Source: Anaerolineales bacterium (lineage in GTDB: Bacteria > Chloroflexota > Anaerolineae > Anaerolineales > Villigracilaceae). From it: 64,000 nucleotides of DNA. The notes beneath the pieces are model-generated. The model did not search any database. It was not told the origin of the DNA and saw nothing but the letters and a program-made list of their open reading frames with translations. The translations under genes and the position numbers were made by a program. The DNA is taken from the NCBI GenBank assembly GCA_030583905.1, contig CP129481.1, positions 2,260,136 through 2,324,135 of the forward strand. Reading direction: 5' to 3'. Positions 8,861 to 18,517 of this stretch are shown piece after piece (position 1 is the first letter of the stretch; every line of letters starts with the position of its first letter).

Positions 8861-9784
8861 TTACGCCTGTCTCGATGCCAGATAAATACCAAGCAGGATC
8901 AACGCCCCGCCTGCCATCACGCCCGGTGTTGGCGTCTCGTTCAACAACACATACGCCAGCGCCGCCGAACCGATCGGTTCGGCGAGCGTCACCACCGCCA
9001 CCAGCGTCGCGGAGAGATACTTCAATAACCAGTTATAGGTCGAGTGCCCGAGCAATTGCGGCACCGCCGCCAGCAGGAAGATCCAGCCGTAGATGCGCGG
9101 CGAATAACCAAGCGGGGAGTATCCGCTGGCGAACATAAAGACCAGCAGGATGACCGCCGCCAAGCCGTAAACGAGGAAGATATACGACATCAACGACATC
9201 TGCGGACGCAGCTTACGCCCGATGATGAGATAACCCGTCACCGTCCATGCGCCGACCAATGCCAGGAAGTTTCCCCACATCGCGCGTCCCTGCAAAACAT
9301 CCCCGAGCGCGGGGCAGGTGAGACCCGCATCCCATGTGCACGCATCCGCCAAGCCGATGATGCTCCCGCCGATGAAAGCCAGCGCCAGCCCTGCGATCGC
9401 CAGGCGTGAGATCGTTTCCTTCAACAGCATCGGCGAGAGCAGCGCAACCCACAACGGACCCGTACTCACGAACACCACCGAACTCGCCACGCTGGTGTAT
9501 TCCAGCGAACTGATCCATGTGGCGAAGTGCACAGCGAGGAAAACGCCCGAGAAACCGCCGAGCAGTATTTCGGTGCGTGTGAAGCGGCGGATCTCATCCA
9601 GATGGCGGGTCAGCGCGAGCGGCGCAAGCAGGATCGTGGCGAAGGTCAATCTCAGGGCGGCGATCACAAGCGACGGCGCGCCGTCGTTCTGGGCATAGCG
9701 GATAAAAATGCTCGCTGTGGATACAGCGAGGGTGGCAAGCAGAATGGCGAATGGAACGAGGAAGCGCGCGCGGGCTTCGGTCAC
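8861..9784 (-). CDS. DMT/EamA family transporter
   Basis: About ten hydrophobic helices, ALRLTFA, TLAEPIGS. Confidence 0.9.
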   Translation of the reverse strand: MTEARARFLVPFAILLATLAVSTASIFIRYAQNDGAPSLVIAALRLTFATILLAPLALTRHLDEIRRFTRTEILLGGFSGVFLAVHFATWISSLEYTSVASSVVFVSTGPLWVALLSPMLLKETISRLAIAGLALAFIGGSIIGLADACTWDAGLTCPALGDVLQGRAMWGNFLALVGAWTVTGYLIIGRKLRPQMSLMSYIFLVYGLAAVILLVFMFASGYSPLGYSPRIYGWIFLLAAVPQLLGHSTYNWLLKYLSATLVAVVTLAEPIGSAALAYVLLNETPTPGVMAGGALILLGIYLASRQA

Positions 9785-9935
9785 GGAGTGGTCCTCAATT
9801 TGTATGATTTTTGTATAATAATTGTCTAAATTCTTGCGGGCTGACTGGTTACAAGGTAAAATGAAAACATACCCAAGTTATGGGTAATTATACGCTACAC
9901 TAAAAGTAAATCATCCCAACCAAGGAGAGACACTC

Positions 9936-10538
9936 ATGGCTTTTGAACTTCCCAAGCTCGCTTATGCATACGACGCCCTCGAGCCGCACATCGATGCGCG
10001 CACGATGGAGATCCATCACACCAAGCACCACCAGACCTATATTACCAACCTGAACAACGCCGTGGAAAAGACGCCCGAACTGCAGGGCAAATCGCTCGAA
10101 GAACTGCTGGGCGGCATCAACTCGCTTCCCGAGGCTGTGCGCGGCGTGGTCCGCAATCATGGCGGCGGCACGCACAACCACAATTTGTTCTGGGAGATCA
10201 TGGGTCCCAACGCCGGCGGCGCTCCCTCCGGTGATCTTGCCAAGGCGATCGACGCCTCCTTCAAATCCTTTGACGACTTCAAAGCGGAATTCACCGCCGC
10301 CGCGACCACGCGCTTCGGCTCCGGCTGGGCATGGCTCGTCAAAAAGGGTAGCGGACTCGCCGTGATCTCGACCGCCAATCAGGATTCACCCCTGATGGAC
10401 GGCTTGACTCCCATCCTCGGCATCGACGTGTGGGAACACGCCTACTATCTCAACTACCAGAACCGCCGTCCCGATTACATCACCGCCTTCTGGAACGTCA
10501 TCAACTGGGATGCGGTCGCCGCGAAGTTCTCGGCGTAA
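9936..10538 (+). CDS. sodA: Superoxide dismutase, Mn-type signature
   Basis: [37 protein letters not shown]. Confidence 0.97.
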   Translation: MAFELPKLAYAYDALEPHIDARTMEIHHTKHHQTYITNLNNAVEKTPELQGKSLEELLGGINSLPEAVRGVVRNHGGGTHNHNLFWEIMGPNAGGAPSGDLAKAIDASFKSFDDFKAEFTAAATTRFGSGWAWLVKKGSGLAVISTANQDSPLMDGLTPILGIDVWEHAYYLNYQNRRPDYITAFWNVINWDAVAAKFSA

Positions 10539-10560
10539 GTTTACACATCGAACAGAACGG

Positions 10561-10605
10561 AATGGTCTGACCGGTCACATACATGACCGGTCAGACCATT
10601 TTTTT
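10561..10605 (+). terminator. Rho-independent terminator after sodA
   Basis: AATGGTCTGACCGGTCA-loop-TGACCGGTCAGACCATT followed by a T run. Confidence 0.85.
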
Positions 10606-10708
10606 AAACCGCCATCCCTTATGACGTTTTGCACCTTGCCACGTTGATAAAGGACGTTATAATAGAACCGTCGCGTTTGATTAAAACCTCACAAGGAGAA
10701 AAAATCCT

Positions 10709-11122
10709 ATGACCCACATTATCACCAGTTTGTGTATTCGTGACCGCGGTTGCATTGAAGTATGCCCGGTCGAATGTATCATCCCCGGTCAGCCGGTTGC
10801 CGAATGGCCCTGGATGTACATCGACCCCGACACCTGCATTGACTGCGGCGCGTGCGTGCCGGAATGCCCGTATTCCGCGATCTTCCCCGAAGATGAAGTC
10901 CCCGCCGCATACACCGCCAAAGGCGGCGAGTATATCAGCAAGGTCGGTCTTACCGGTCACTACGAAGGCACCAACCATCACGGCAAGCAGGTTGTGCTCG
11001 AAACCACTCGGCAGCTTGAAGCTGGTGAAGTGTTGGACCTCACCGCCGACATCAAACCCAATTACGATTTCTTCCAGGGCGGTCCCGGTTACTCCGCCAA
11101 GGACAGCGACGACGGCATGTAA
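10709..11122 (+). CDS. Ferredoxin (7Fe/dicluster type) with C-terminal extension
   Basis: C..D..C.EVCPVECI and YIDPD.CIDCGAC.PECP. Confidence 0.9.
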   Translation: MTHIITSLCIRDRGCIEVCPVECIIPGQPVAEWPWMYIDPDTCIDCGACVPECPYSAIFPEDEVPAAYTAKGGEYISKVGLTGHYEGTNHHGKQVVLETTRQLEAGEVLDLTADIKPNYDFFQGGPGYSAKDSDDGM

Positions 11123-11132
11123 TTCGCCAAAT

Positions 11133-11165
11133 AAAAAGGTCGGGCACATGTGCCCGACCTTTTTT
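11133..11165. terminator. Bidirectional terminator
   Basis: Perfect 32-bp palindrome AAAAAGGTCGGGCACA|TGTGCCCGACCTTTTT between convergent genes. Confidence 0.85.
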
Positions 11166-11173
11166 GATTCCTG

Positions 11174-13594
11174 TTACTGGCTCATGCCGGCGCTCATCAG
11201 GTTCTCGGCGATGAACTCCGCCAGGAAGGTATTGTTCTCCTCCAGCACCACCACCAACGCCAGCGGCGCGCCGCGCCAGTCCGGCACGGTGCCCGCCAGC
11301 AGCCAGGTGACGATGGTCTCATCCAGACTTCCCTGCCCAACGTGACTCCAATACGGCTTGCCCTGCTTGATCAAGGATAACGCCGCTTCATCCGCCGCCT
11401 GAGCTTGTGCCGCTTCGAGGGACTCGCCCAACACCGGAAGGATCACCCAGCCCTGTTCCGGCGTGTTGACCGCAGTCGCGATACGGGGCGCGGGCGCGAT
11501 TCCATGGCTGCTGATGGCTGCCACGGCGAGGGTCATTTGCAAGGGGCTGACGCGCAGATTCCGCACGCTGGTACTGCCCGTATCCGATGCGACCGGCAAA
11601 TTCAACAGTGGCGCGCGGTAAAAGCCGAATTGTTGATAGAGCGTGCGCAGCTGCAGGTCGGTGGGCGGCTCCTCCCCGAACCCCGCGCGGATGAACGGCA
11701 GTCCCGCCGTGCCGATGGGGTACAGTCCCTGTGTGGCGCGGTTGAGCAAGGGGGAGTGCTGGTTTTGCGCCAGCGCTTCACCTTCCTCGGTCAGTTTGTT
11801 GGGATCGTAGGTCGGGTGCGAAGCGATGGCGAGGATCTCGCCGGTTTCGGCATTCACCAGAATGATCGCGCCGCGCCGCAGACCGAGAAGCTGGTCTGCG
11901 CGATTCTGCAAGTTTAGGTCAAGGCTGAGGCGGACATCCAGCCCCGGAGGCGGCGTGCCGTAGATGACTTGATTCCACAGGATCAAGCTGGTGGGGTTTC
12001 CCTGCAAGCCGCGCAAATAACCGTCCAAGCGTGCTTCCAGCCCAGCCTGCCCATAGACGGGATGCGTATAGCCAATTATAGGTCCAAGGCTGGGGTGGAG
12101 ATAACTTCGTATGTACGAGCCGCTTTGTCCCTCCGTGATGTTGATGGGACGGTTATTCCTATCCACAAGTTCGCCGCGCGGCACGTAACGGTCTGCGATG
12201 GCGCGGCGCGGATTGTCGGTGCGGGTGAGCAGGTCGGGTCCGCGGATGATCGCCCACCAGGCAGTGCTGAAGGCGCTGGCGGCAAGTCCCAGCGCGAGCA
12301 CGCCCGCCAGTATGGTGAACGGCTTGGGATCGTGCAGGGAGGCGGGTTCTTCATCCTCCGTGTTGCTGATCGTAAGCAGGATGAACAGCGCGATGAAGGA
12401 CGTCAGCATGGAGGAGCCGCCGTAGGAGACGAAGGGCAGGGTGACGCCGGTGAGCGGCAGCAGGCGGATGTTCCCGCCGATGATAAGCAGGCTTTGCACG
12501 CCGAGGTAGGTCACGATGCCGGCGGCGAGGTAGCGGCGGAAGCGGTCCGTAGCGCGCAGGGAGACGATCAAACCGCGGGAGAGGATCAGCCAGATGGTGG
12601 CGATCAAGCTCAGGCTCCCGATAAGACCCGTTTCCTCCGCTATGGCTGAGTAAATGAAATCGGAGATGGCGACCGGCACGAGCAGCGGACTTCCGATCCC
12701 CAATCCGCGCCCGATGGTGCCGCCGTTGGCAACCGCCAGCAGGGATTGAACGATCTGGTAGGAGTTGCCGCTCGGGTCATCCCATGGGTTCAACCAGCCG
12801 ACCACGCGGACGTGGATGATGTCGATGAAGAAGTAACCGACCAGCAGGGTCAGCGCGAGAAAGATGCTGGAACTGAGCAGGATGCGTCGTTTGCTGGTGG
12901 CGATGAAGATGATGATGGTGAAGATGCAGACGAAGATGGATGCGGTTCCAAGGTCGCGCTGGACGAGCAGCAGCAGAAGCGCCAAGCCGGTGACGACCAA
13001 TGTAGGCACCAACAGAGGGAAGGAAAATAACTGGATGCTGGCGCGGTCGGCGAGGTAGGCGGAGAGGTAGATGACCAGCAGGATCTTGAGCGGCTCGGAG
13101 GGTTGGAAGTACACGCCGCAGCATCCCAGCCACAGGCGCGGACCAAAGCCGAGCGGATTCGTGCCGAAGATCAAGGTCAGCGCGGTGATGAGCAATCCGC
13201 CGCTCAGAATGATGTATTTGTATCTTCTTAAAAAGGAAATATCTTTCAGGAAGCGCAGAGCGAATACGAAGACCAGTACGCTGACCGCCAGCCAGATGGT
13301 CTGACGCAAGCCAAAGGTCGTGTCCAGCCGCCAGACGGTCAGCATGCCCCACCCGCTGAGCAGCGCCGCAGCGGGGAGGATGTACGGATCATGCTCCGAT
13401 AAAAGCCGCATGGTGGCGCGGTGTGCAATACTGACGAGGATGCACCAGGCAAGGAAGCCGACCCAATGGAGCAGGCGGTAATCCACCTCCCAGGAGCGTT
13501 CGCGCACGGCGGGCGACAGCGTGAGAATGATGGATTGAATGAAGAGGAAGAGCGCTGCCCAGCGCAGCAGACGGCTTTGGGTCTGGTTGGTCAT
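11174..13594 (-). CDS. FtsW/RodA (SEDS) protein fused to a degenerate PBP transpeptidase-like domain
   Basis: QPSEPLK, QRDLGTA, DFIYSAIAEETG, LPLTGVTLPFVSYGGSS; then VPRGELVDRN, GLEARLDGYLRG, ASHPTYDPN, LLNRATQGLYP. Confidence 0.9.
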   Translation of the reverse strand: MTNQTQSRLLRWAALFLFIQSIILTLSPAVRERSWEVDYRLLHWVGFLAWCILVSIAHRATMRLLSEHDPYILPAAALLSGWGMLTVWRLDTTFGLRQTIWLAVSVLVFVFALRFLKDISFLRRYKYIILSGGLLITALTLIFGTNPLGFGPRLWLGCCGVYFQPSEPLKILLVIYLSAYLADRASIQLFSFPLLVPTLVVTGLALLLLLVQRDLGTASIFVCIFTIIIFIATSKRRILLSSSIFLALTLLVGYFFIDIIHVRVVGWLNPWDDPSGNSYQIVQSLLAVANGGTIGRGLGIGSPLLVPVAISDFIYSAIAEETGLIGSLSLIATIWLILSRGLIVSLRATDRFRRYLAAGIVTYLGVQSLLIIGGNIRLLPLTGVTLPFVSYGGSSMLTSFIALFILLTISNTEDEEPASLHDPKPFTILAGVLALGLAASAFSTAWWAIIRGPDLLTRTDNPRRAIADRYVPRGELVDRNNRPINITEGQSGSYIRSYLHPSLGPIIGYTHPVYGQAGLEARLDGYLRGLQGNPTSLILWNQVIYGTPPPGLDVRLSLDLNLQNRADQLLGLRRGAIILVNAETGEILAIASHPTYDPNKLTEEGEALAQNQHSPLLNRATQGLYPIGTAGLPFIRAGFGEEPPTDLQLRTLYQQFGFYRAPLLNLPVASDTGSTSVRNLRVSPLQMTLAVAAISSHGIAPAPRIATAVNTPEQGWVILPVLGESLEAAQAQAADEAALSLIKQGKPYWSHVGQGSLDETIVTWLLAGTVPDWRGAPLALVVVLEENNTFLAEFIAENLMSAGMSQ

Positions 13595-13703
13595 CCGTTA
13601 ATGGTACTTCATTTTATGGATCGTGAAAAAAAGAAACATCCCGCCGGGTGATGGTGCGGTCGTATGCCTCCATGCCTGTGCGGGATGTTCGAGTTCGTTC
13701 TGT

Positions 13704-14567
13704 TTACTTGTAATACTTGTTGACCAGCAGGTCCAGTTTTTTGCGGGTTTCGGCAGGGATGACCTTGGGATCGGTGATCAACGCCGTGGCGAGCGCGCTT
13801 CCGCAATGGCAGTCGCGCCCGGATTTCAGTCCGCGCACCAGGTTGCGGATGGCATCCTGCGCGACCTCGGTGTTCTTGTTCAGGGTTTGAATGACCATCT
13901 CCACGGTCACCGGCGATTCGCTTTCATGCCAGACGTCATAGTCTGTGACGTGCGCCATGACCGCATAGCACATCTCGGCTTCGCGCGCGAGGAACGCCTC
14001 CGGCGAGGCGGTCATGCCGATGATGGACATGCCCCAACTGCGATAGGTGTGCGATTCGGCTTTGGTGGAAAAGCGCGGACCTTCGATGGTGATGAAGTTC
14101 CCGCCGCGGTGCGTCGCCGCGCCTGTCTCACGGACGGCTGATTCAAGCTGCGCCGACAGGTCGCCGCAAAACGGATCCGCCACGCTGACGTGGGCAACCA
14201 ATCCATCCCCGAAGAAGGAGCGCGCGCGTTCCTTTGTGTGATCGAAAATATTATCGGGGATGACGATATGACCGGGCGCGTACTCCTCGCGCAATGAACC
14301 GCAGGCGCTGATGCTGATGATGCGTTCCACGCCGAGCGATTTCAAGGCATAGATATTGGCGCGATAAGGGACTTCGGTGGGGGTGATGTGATGTCCGATG
14401 CCGTGCCTGGCGAGGAACGCCACACGCTTCCCTTCCAGCATGCCGATCGTGATGGGCGCGCTGGGCTCCCCGAACGGAGTATGCGGCGTGATCTCTTCGA
14501 CCCCTTCCAGTCCCTTCATATGGTACAGCCCCGAACCTCCAATGATGCCGATGGTCGCATTATCCAT
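13704..14567 (-). CDS. mtnP: S-methyl-5'-thioadenosine phosphorylase
   Basis: IGIIGGSG, FLARHG, YRANIYALK, IEGPRFSTKAES, GMT..PEA.LAREAE, VTDYD. Confidence 0.92.
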   Translation of the reverse strand: MDNATIGIIGGSGLYHMKGLEGVEEITPHTPFGEPSAPITIGMLEGKRVAFLARHGIGHHITPTEVPYRANIYALKSLGVERIISISACGSLREEYAPGHIVIPDNIFDHTKERARSFFGDGLVAHVSVADPFCGDLSAQLESAVRETGAATHRGGNFITIEGPRFSTKAESHTYRSWGMSIIGMTASPEAFLAREAEMCYAVMAHVTDYDVWHESESPVTVEMVIQTLNKNTEVAQDAIRNLVRGLKSGRDCHCGSALATALITDPKVIPAETRKKLDLLVNKYYK

Positions 14568-15036
14568 TTTCTTTTTTTCCTATTCTCAGGGTTGGCTCGA
14601 TGATGATATTTTCAGAAAGACCGACAAGCAGTTGCGCCTCCCCGCAGCGGATCTCATCGCCGGAGGTGATCACCGTCGGCATGGTGATGGGCGTGTCGTT
14701 CAACATGGTCCCATTGGTGGATGCCAGGTCCTCCAGCCACCATTGTCCGTGGTGATAGGTCAACTGGGCGTGGCGGGTGGAGACAGTGTCGTCGGGCAGC
14801 GGGATGTCGCTGCCGGGGTCGCGCCCGAGAGTGATCTCCGGCTGGGAAAATTGTTTCACGGAGGAAGTGCCGCCTCCGTGCCGGACCGTGATGCTGATCC
14901 GCGGAACCCGGCGGCTTGCCAATGTGCTGCTTTGCCGCTGGACCTCGCGGTAGAGGTAGATCAACGCCCAGGCGAGAAATGCAAAAAGAGCCAGCGTGGT
15001 GACCAGCCGCAATGCCAGAACGATGGAACCGCTCAT
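14560..15036 (-). CDS. Membrane-anchored FHA domain protein (FhaB-like)
   Basis: N-terminal TM; LGR, VSTRHA, DLASTNGT. Confidence 0.9.
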   Translation of the reverse strand: MSGSIVLALRLVTTLALFAFLAWALIYLYREVQRQSSTLASRRVPRISITVRHGGGTSSVKQFSQPEITLGRDPGSDIPLPDDTVSTRHAQLTYHHGQWWLEDLASTNGTMLNDTPITMPTVITSGDEIRCGEAQLLVGLSENIIIEPTLRIGKKENG

Positions 15037-15893
15037 TTATCTTCTTCTTTTGGCTTCTTGTTCTTCAAGTCCGCCGTGGAGCGTTCCTTCGTGGAGTGTT
15101 CCTTGAGCGTCGCAGTCGGGCGTTCGGATGCGGTATCGGGTAATGGGGCGGTATCTTTCAGGTCGGGGTGCGGAGGCGGTGTATCCTGCCCGAAGATGAG
15201 CGCCACGCCTGCCAGCGAAATGACATCCCCCGGGTAGAGCACGCTCTGGCTTGTGCGCTGTCCGTTGACAAAGGTCCCGCCGGTGGAATTCAGATCGAAG
15301 ATCACATAGCGTCCCTTGATGGTGCGCAGTTGGGCGTGGTTGCGCGAAACGCGCGGGTCGTCGATGATGAGCTGGTTATCCAGCCTGCGTCCGATATTGA
15401 CCACGGGCAATTTCAAGGGAAAGACCTTCACGCCCTCCACGATCAGGAAAGCGTTCTCCGGCGCCATTTCGTTATCTTCAAGACTTCCGGTGTTCAAAGG
15501 GGTTGCATTTGTTTCTGCCATAGATTCGACCCGATGCGACGCCACAACTTCGGCATCATTTAGTGGAATTTTCTCGTCCGTTGAAACCGTTATGGTGGGG
15601 GCAATTGTAAACCGAAATCCCGCCTCCTGAGCCACCGTTGTGATCGAATTCAACAGAACCGCAAGGATCTTCTGATCCTGCCAATGTTTGGATGTTTCCG
15701 GGTGCATGACCAGTGTATATACATCCGGCGCAATGGATCCATCGGCGGCGACAGTTGCATTGATCTGAATCGCTGCCGCCAGTTTCTGGATGATGATGTC
15801 CTCCACCTTTTTGCCGGGAAGCACATTCAATAGATCCACTTCGATAAGATTTTGCAGGCGGGCTTCGATCTCTCTTAAATTCATACGCGGCAC
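15033..15893 (-). CDS. DUF3662/FHA protein (FhaA-like)
   Basis: N-terminal domain with APDVYTL; C-terminal IGR, VSRNHA, DLNSTGGT. Confidence 0.85.
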   Translation of the reverse strand: MPRMNLREIEARLQNLIEVDLLNVLPGKKVEDIIIQKLAAAIQINATVAADGSIAPDVYTLVMHPETSKHWQDQKILAVLLNSITTVAQEAGFRFTIAPTITVSTDEKIPLNDAEVVASHRVESMAETNATPLNTGSLEDNEMAPENAFLIVEGVKVFPLKLPVVNIGRRLDNQLIIDDPRVSRNHAQLRTIKGRYVIFDLNSTGGTFVNGQRTSQSVLYPGDVISLAGVALIFGQDTPPPHPDLKDTAPLPDTASERPTATLKEHSTKERSTADLKNKKPKEEDK

Positions 15894-15958
15894 TCTGGTG
15901 CCATTATAGAAGGTGCTGGATTATTATGCAAGACTTGTCCAGTCAATGCCGGGCGAAT

Positions 15959-16543
15959 CTACAGATTTTTCCCGCAATTCGGGCAATTTGTCTGCCCAAC
16001 CTTCACCACGAACCCGCAACTCCGGCAGGTGTTCGGCTGCACCCGTCCGAGCGGCGCCCCGCAGGCAACGCAGGATGGCTCGCCGACGGGATTCGCCACA
16101 TGGCAGTATTCGCAGGTTGTGCGCCGCAAATTCTCTGAAAGCTCGGCAGATGCCCCCGCCGCGCGCGCCGCTTTCGAGATCACCTGCCAGACGCGCTCGC
16201 GGAGTTTCAGGCTTTCAAGGTCCTGGGCAATGTCATCCAGCCGCCCCAACAGGCTGAAGGGATTTTTCAACGCTGTGAACGCGCTCACCCCGATGCTGGC
16301 GGCAACCCCGAGCCAGGCTTGCTCGCCCAACTCTACAATGATGCCCTCTTCAAGTGTCTGTACGGTCACGGTCATGGCGGTCTGACCGCCGGAGCGGGCA
16401 TCGGGGCGCGTGCCAACCTGCACCACCACCCGTTCACTCTGCCCGATCATCTGCGCGCGGAAATTGCCGCGGTTGAACTCCCCGATCAACGCCTGCGCCA
16501 CGTCCACTGGTTTGATGTTTCCGTGAAAAATTCTTCGTTCCAT
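15959..16543 (-). CDS. Double zinc-ribbon domain protein
   Basis: Four C-terminal CxxC pairs (CEYC, CVAC, CRSC, CPNC). Confidence 0.8.
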   Translation of the reverse strand: MERRIFHGNIKPVDVAQALIGEFNRGNFRAQMIGQSERVVVQVGTRPDARSGGQTAMTVTVQTLEEGIIVELGEQAWLGVAASIGVSAFTALKNPFSLLGRLDDIAQDLESLKLRERVWQVISKAARAAGASAELSENLRRTTCEYCHVANPVGEPSCVACGAPLGRVQPNTCRSCGFVVKVGQTNCPNCGKNL

Positions 16544-16592
16544 GAAGTGGATTATAATCGCCTTTGCGATTCTCCTTTAGGAATTCTACGAA

Positions 16593-17195
16593 ATGAAGCG
16601 ACACTGGTTTCACATTCTCATCCTTTCCATACTCACAACCCTGCTTCTCACAGGGACATTTTTCGCATCCAACCCGCCCTCGGTCCTGGCTCAACAACCG
16701 ACGAATTCCCCCACCGGCATCTTTATCACCGTACTCTTCGACGAACCGCAGATCAACGTGCGCATGGGACCAAGCTCCACGGTCTATCCCGTTGTCGGGA
16801 CGATGGTATCCGGGTCCACCGCGCCAGCTCTCGGCAGGTCCCCCGGAGGCGACTGGATCCAGATCGAATTCCCGTCCGCGCCGGGCGGCAAGGCTTGGGT
16901 CTATTCCGCGCTGGTTTCCTTATCCCCCGGCACGCTGCAGATCGCCGAACCGCCTCCGACGCCCGTCCCGCCTGCCACATCCACCATCGACCCGACGCTC
17001 GCGGCGCAGTTCGTCATCGTGCCGACCAGCACGCGCCCGCCCACGTTCACGCCGGCTCCGGTGTTGACGGTCCCGTCTTATACGCAGCCCTTCTCGCTTT
17101 ATACGGAAGATTCCATGCCGCTGGCGCTGATCATCATTGCGCTTGCCATTCTGGGTCTGGTGGGCTTCCTGCTTTCGCTTGTCCGTCGTCAATGA
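16593..17195 (+). CDS. Secreted SH3b-domain protein with Pro/Thr linker and C-terminal TM
   Basis: INVRMGP...YPVVG...ALGRSP.GDWIQIEF...AWV. Confidence 0.8.
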   Translation: MKRHWFHILILSILTTLLLTGTFFASNPPSVLAQQPTNSPTGIFITVLFDEPQINVRMGPSSTVYPVVGTMVSGSTAPALGRSPGGDWIQIEFPSAPGGKAWVYSALVSLSPGTLQIAEPPPTPVPPATSTIDPTLAAQFVIVPTSTRPPTFTPAPVLTVPSYTQPFSLYTEDSMPLALIIIALAILGLVGFLLSLVRRQ

Positions 17196-17821
17196 ACGTG
17201 ATACCCGATAAAAGACTGCGCCTGACGCTCTTTGTTGTTCTGATGCTGGCTGGCTTTGGCATTGCATTCCGCCCATCAAATCGTTTGGCGGTGCACGCCC
17301 AACAGCCGACCGGTTCTGTGCCGACCGTCACCGGCACGGCAGCCGGGATGATCGTGGCTGTCAATCTTGATATCAATATCGTCAATGTATATGCCGGTCC
17401 GAGTTCATATTTGTATCCCACCGTTGGCGTTCTGTTAAAGGGGCAGGAAGTGCCTGCTTTCGGCATTTCCGAGGACGGGAACTGGATTCAGATCTATTAT
17501 CCGGGCGTGCCCGATTCGGTCGCCTGGATCTATGGACCGTACGTGAACATCAAGCGGCAGGGACCGTTGCCTGTGCTGAGGTCGCCAGCCACGCCAACGC
17601 CGCTTTCCACGCCGACCCTCAACCCAACGCTGGAAGCCGCATTCATTCCGCCGGTCACTCCAACCCGCCTGCCAACCTTTACACCTCCCGCGCCGCTGAT
17701 CATTGCCACGTTCCTGCCCGATCAGTCGGCGGTCAATCGTGTGCCAGCCGGGTTGATCATCTTCGGTCTTGGTTTCATCGGCGCGCTTGGCACGTTGATC
17801 TCATTCCTGCGCGGACGATAG
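17192..17821 (+). CDS. Secreted SH3b-domain protein, tandem paralogue of 16593..17195
   Basis: ATGA overlap with the previous stop; VNVYAGP...YP.VG...GNWIQIYY...AWI; C-terminal TM. The track's start at 16319 is a spurious extension. Confidence 0.8.
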   Translation: MNVIPDKRLRLTLFVVLMLAGFGIAFRPSNRLAVHAQQPTGSVPTVTGTAAGMIVAVNLDINIVNVYAGPSSYLYPTVGVLLKGQEVPAFGISEDGNWIQIYYPGVPDSVAWIYGPYVNIKRQGPLPVLRSPATPTPLSTPTLNPTLEAAFIPPVTPTRLPTFTPPAPLIIATFLPDQSAVNRVPAGLIIFGLGFIGALGTLISFLRGR

Positions 17822-17823
17822 CG

Positions 17824-17867
17824 GATAATAAAAAATGGACAGCGTACGCTGTCCATTTTTTATTATC
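17824..17867. terminator. Bidirectional terminator
   Basis: Perfect 44-bp palindrome GATAATAAAAAATGGACAGCGT|ACGCTGTCCATTTTTTATTATC between convergent genes. Confidence 0.85.
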
Positions 17868-17876
17868 AATTTCAGC

Positions 17877-18290
17877 TTAGTGTCCACCGCACCCGCAGGA
17901 ACCGCCGCCGCAGCCGCATGAGCCGCCGCCGTCACTGCCGCAGGCACATCCGCCTTCACCGTGGCTGTGTCCGCTCTTGGCGTTGGGGCTGTTGACCGCA
18001 AAGCCTGCGCCGTGATGAGGATCGTTGACGAAGTCAACCGTGGCATCGCGCAGATAATCGATCGAGACTTCATCCACAACCACCTTGACGCCGTTGGCTT
18101 CGAAGGTGGTGTCCGTATCACGGAAGTTGTTGTCGAGCGCCATGCCGAAGTTCACGCCGCAGCATCCGCCGCTGGCAACATACACGCGCAGGGCGAACCC
18201 TTCCAGTTTGCGCTGTTCAAGAATATCTTTAACTGCCTGACTGGCGGCAGGGGTGAGTGTAAAAAGCTGGGTGCTGATCTCTTGGAGCAT
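17877..18290 (-). CDS. A-type Fe-S carrier (IscA/ErpA/HesB) with Gly/Cys-rich tail
   Basis: LRVYV..GGCCG..FGM, VDFVND, F.VNSPNA...CACG; RBS aaaggag before ATG 18290. Confidence 0.88.
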   Translation of the reverse strand: MLQEISTQLFTLTPAASQAVKDILEQRKLEGFALRVYVASGGCCGVNFGMALDNNFRDTDTTFEANGVKVVVDEVSIDYLRDATVDFVNDPHHGAGFAVNSPNAKSGHSHGEGGCACGSDGGGSCGCGGGSCGCGGH

Positions 18291-18517
18291 GGAATTTCTC
18301 CTTTGGTTTGTTAACAATTTTGCTGAATATTATCAGATTTGGATGCCGTTGTCAATTTTACTTCTCAGTATCCGCTCATGGAAGATGTATTGCATGTTTG
18401 GCTTATCTTTCAGGTTCTCTGTGTTTCTTGACACAATCAATTTGCGCCTGTAAAATCCCCCTGCTAAATCTATCGGCGTCAGAGCCGATATTCTTTTTGT
18501 CTCAACGGAGGAGTATT

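Noticed and set aside
16319-17191. N-terminal extension of the 500-aa ORF
   Set aside because: Overlaps two better genes; the real start is the ATGA overlap at 17192.
18308-18517. Upstream start for hppA
   Set aside because: Overlaps the divergent promoter region; a strong RBS precedes ATG 18518.
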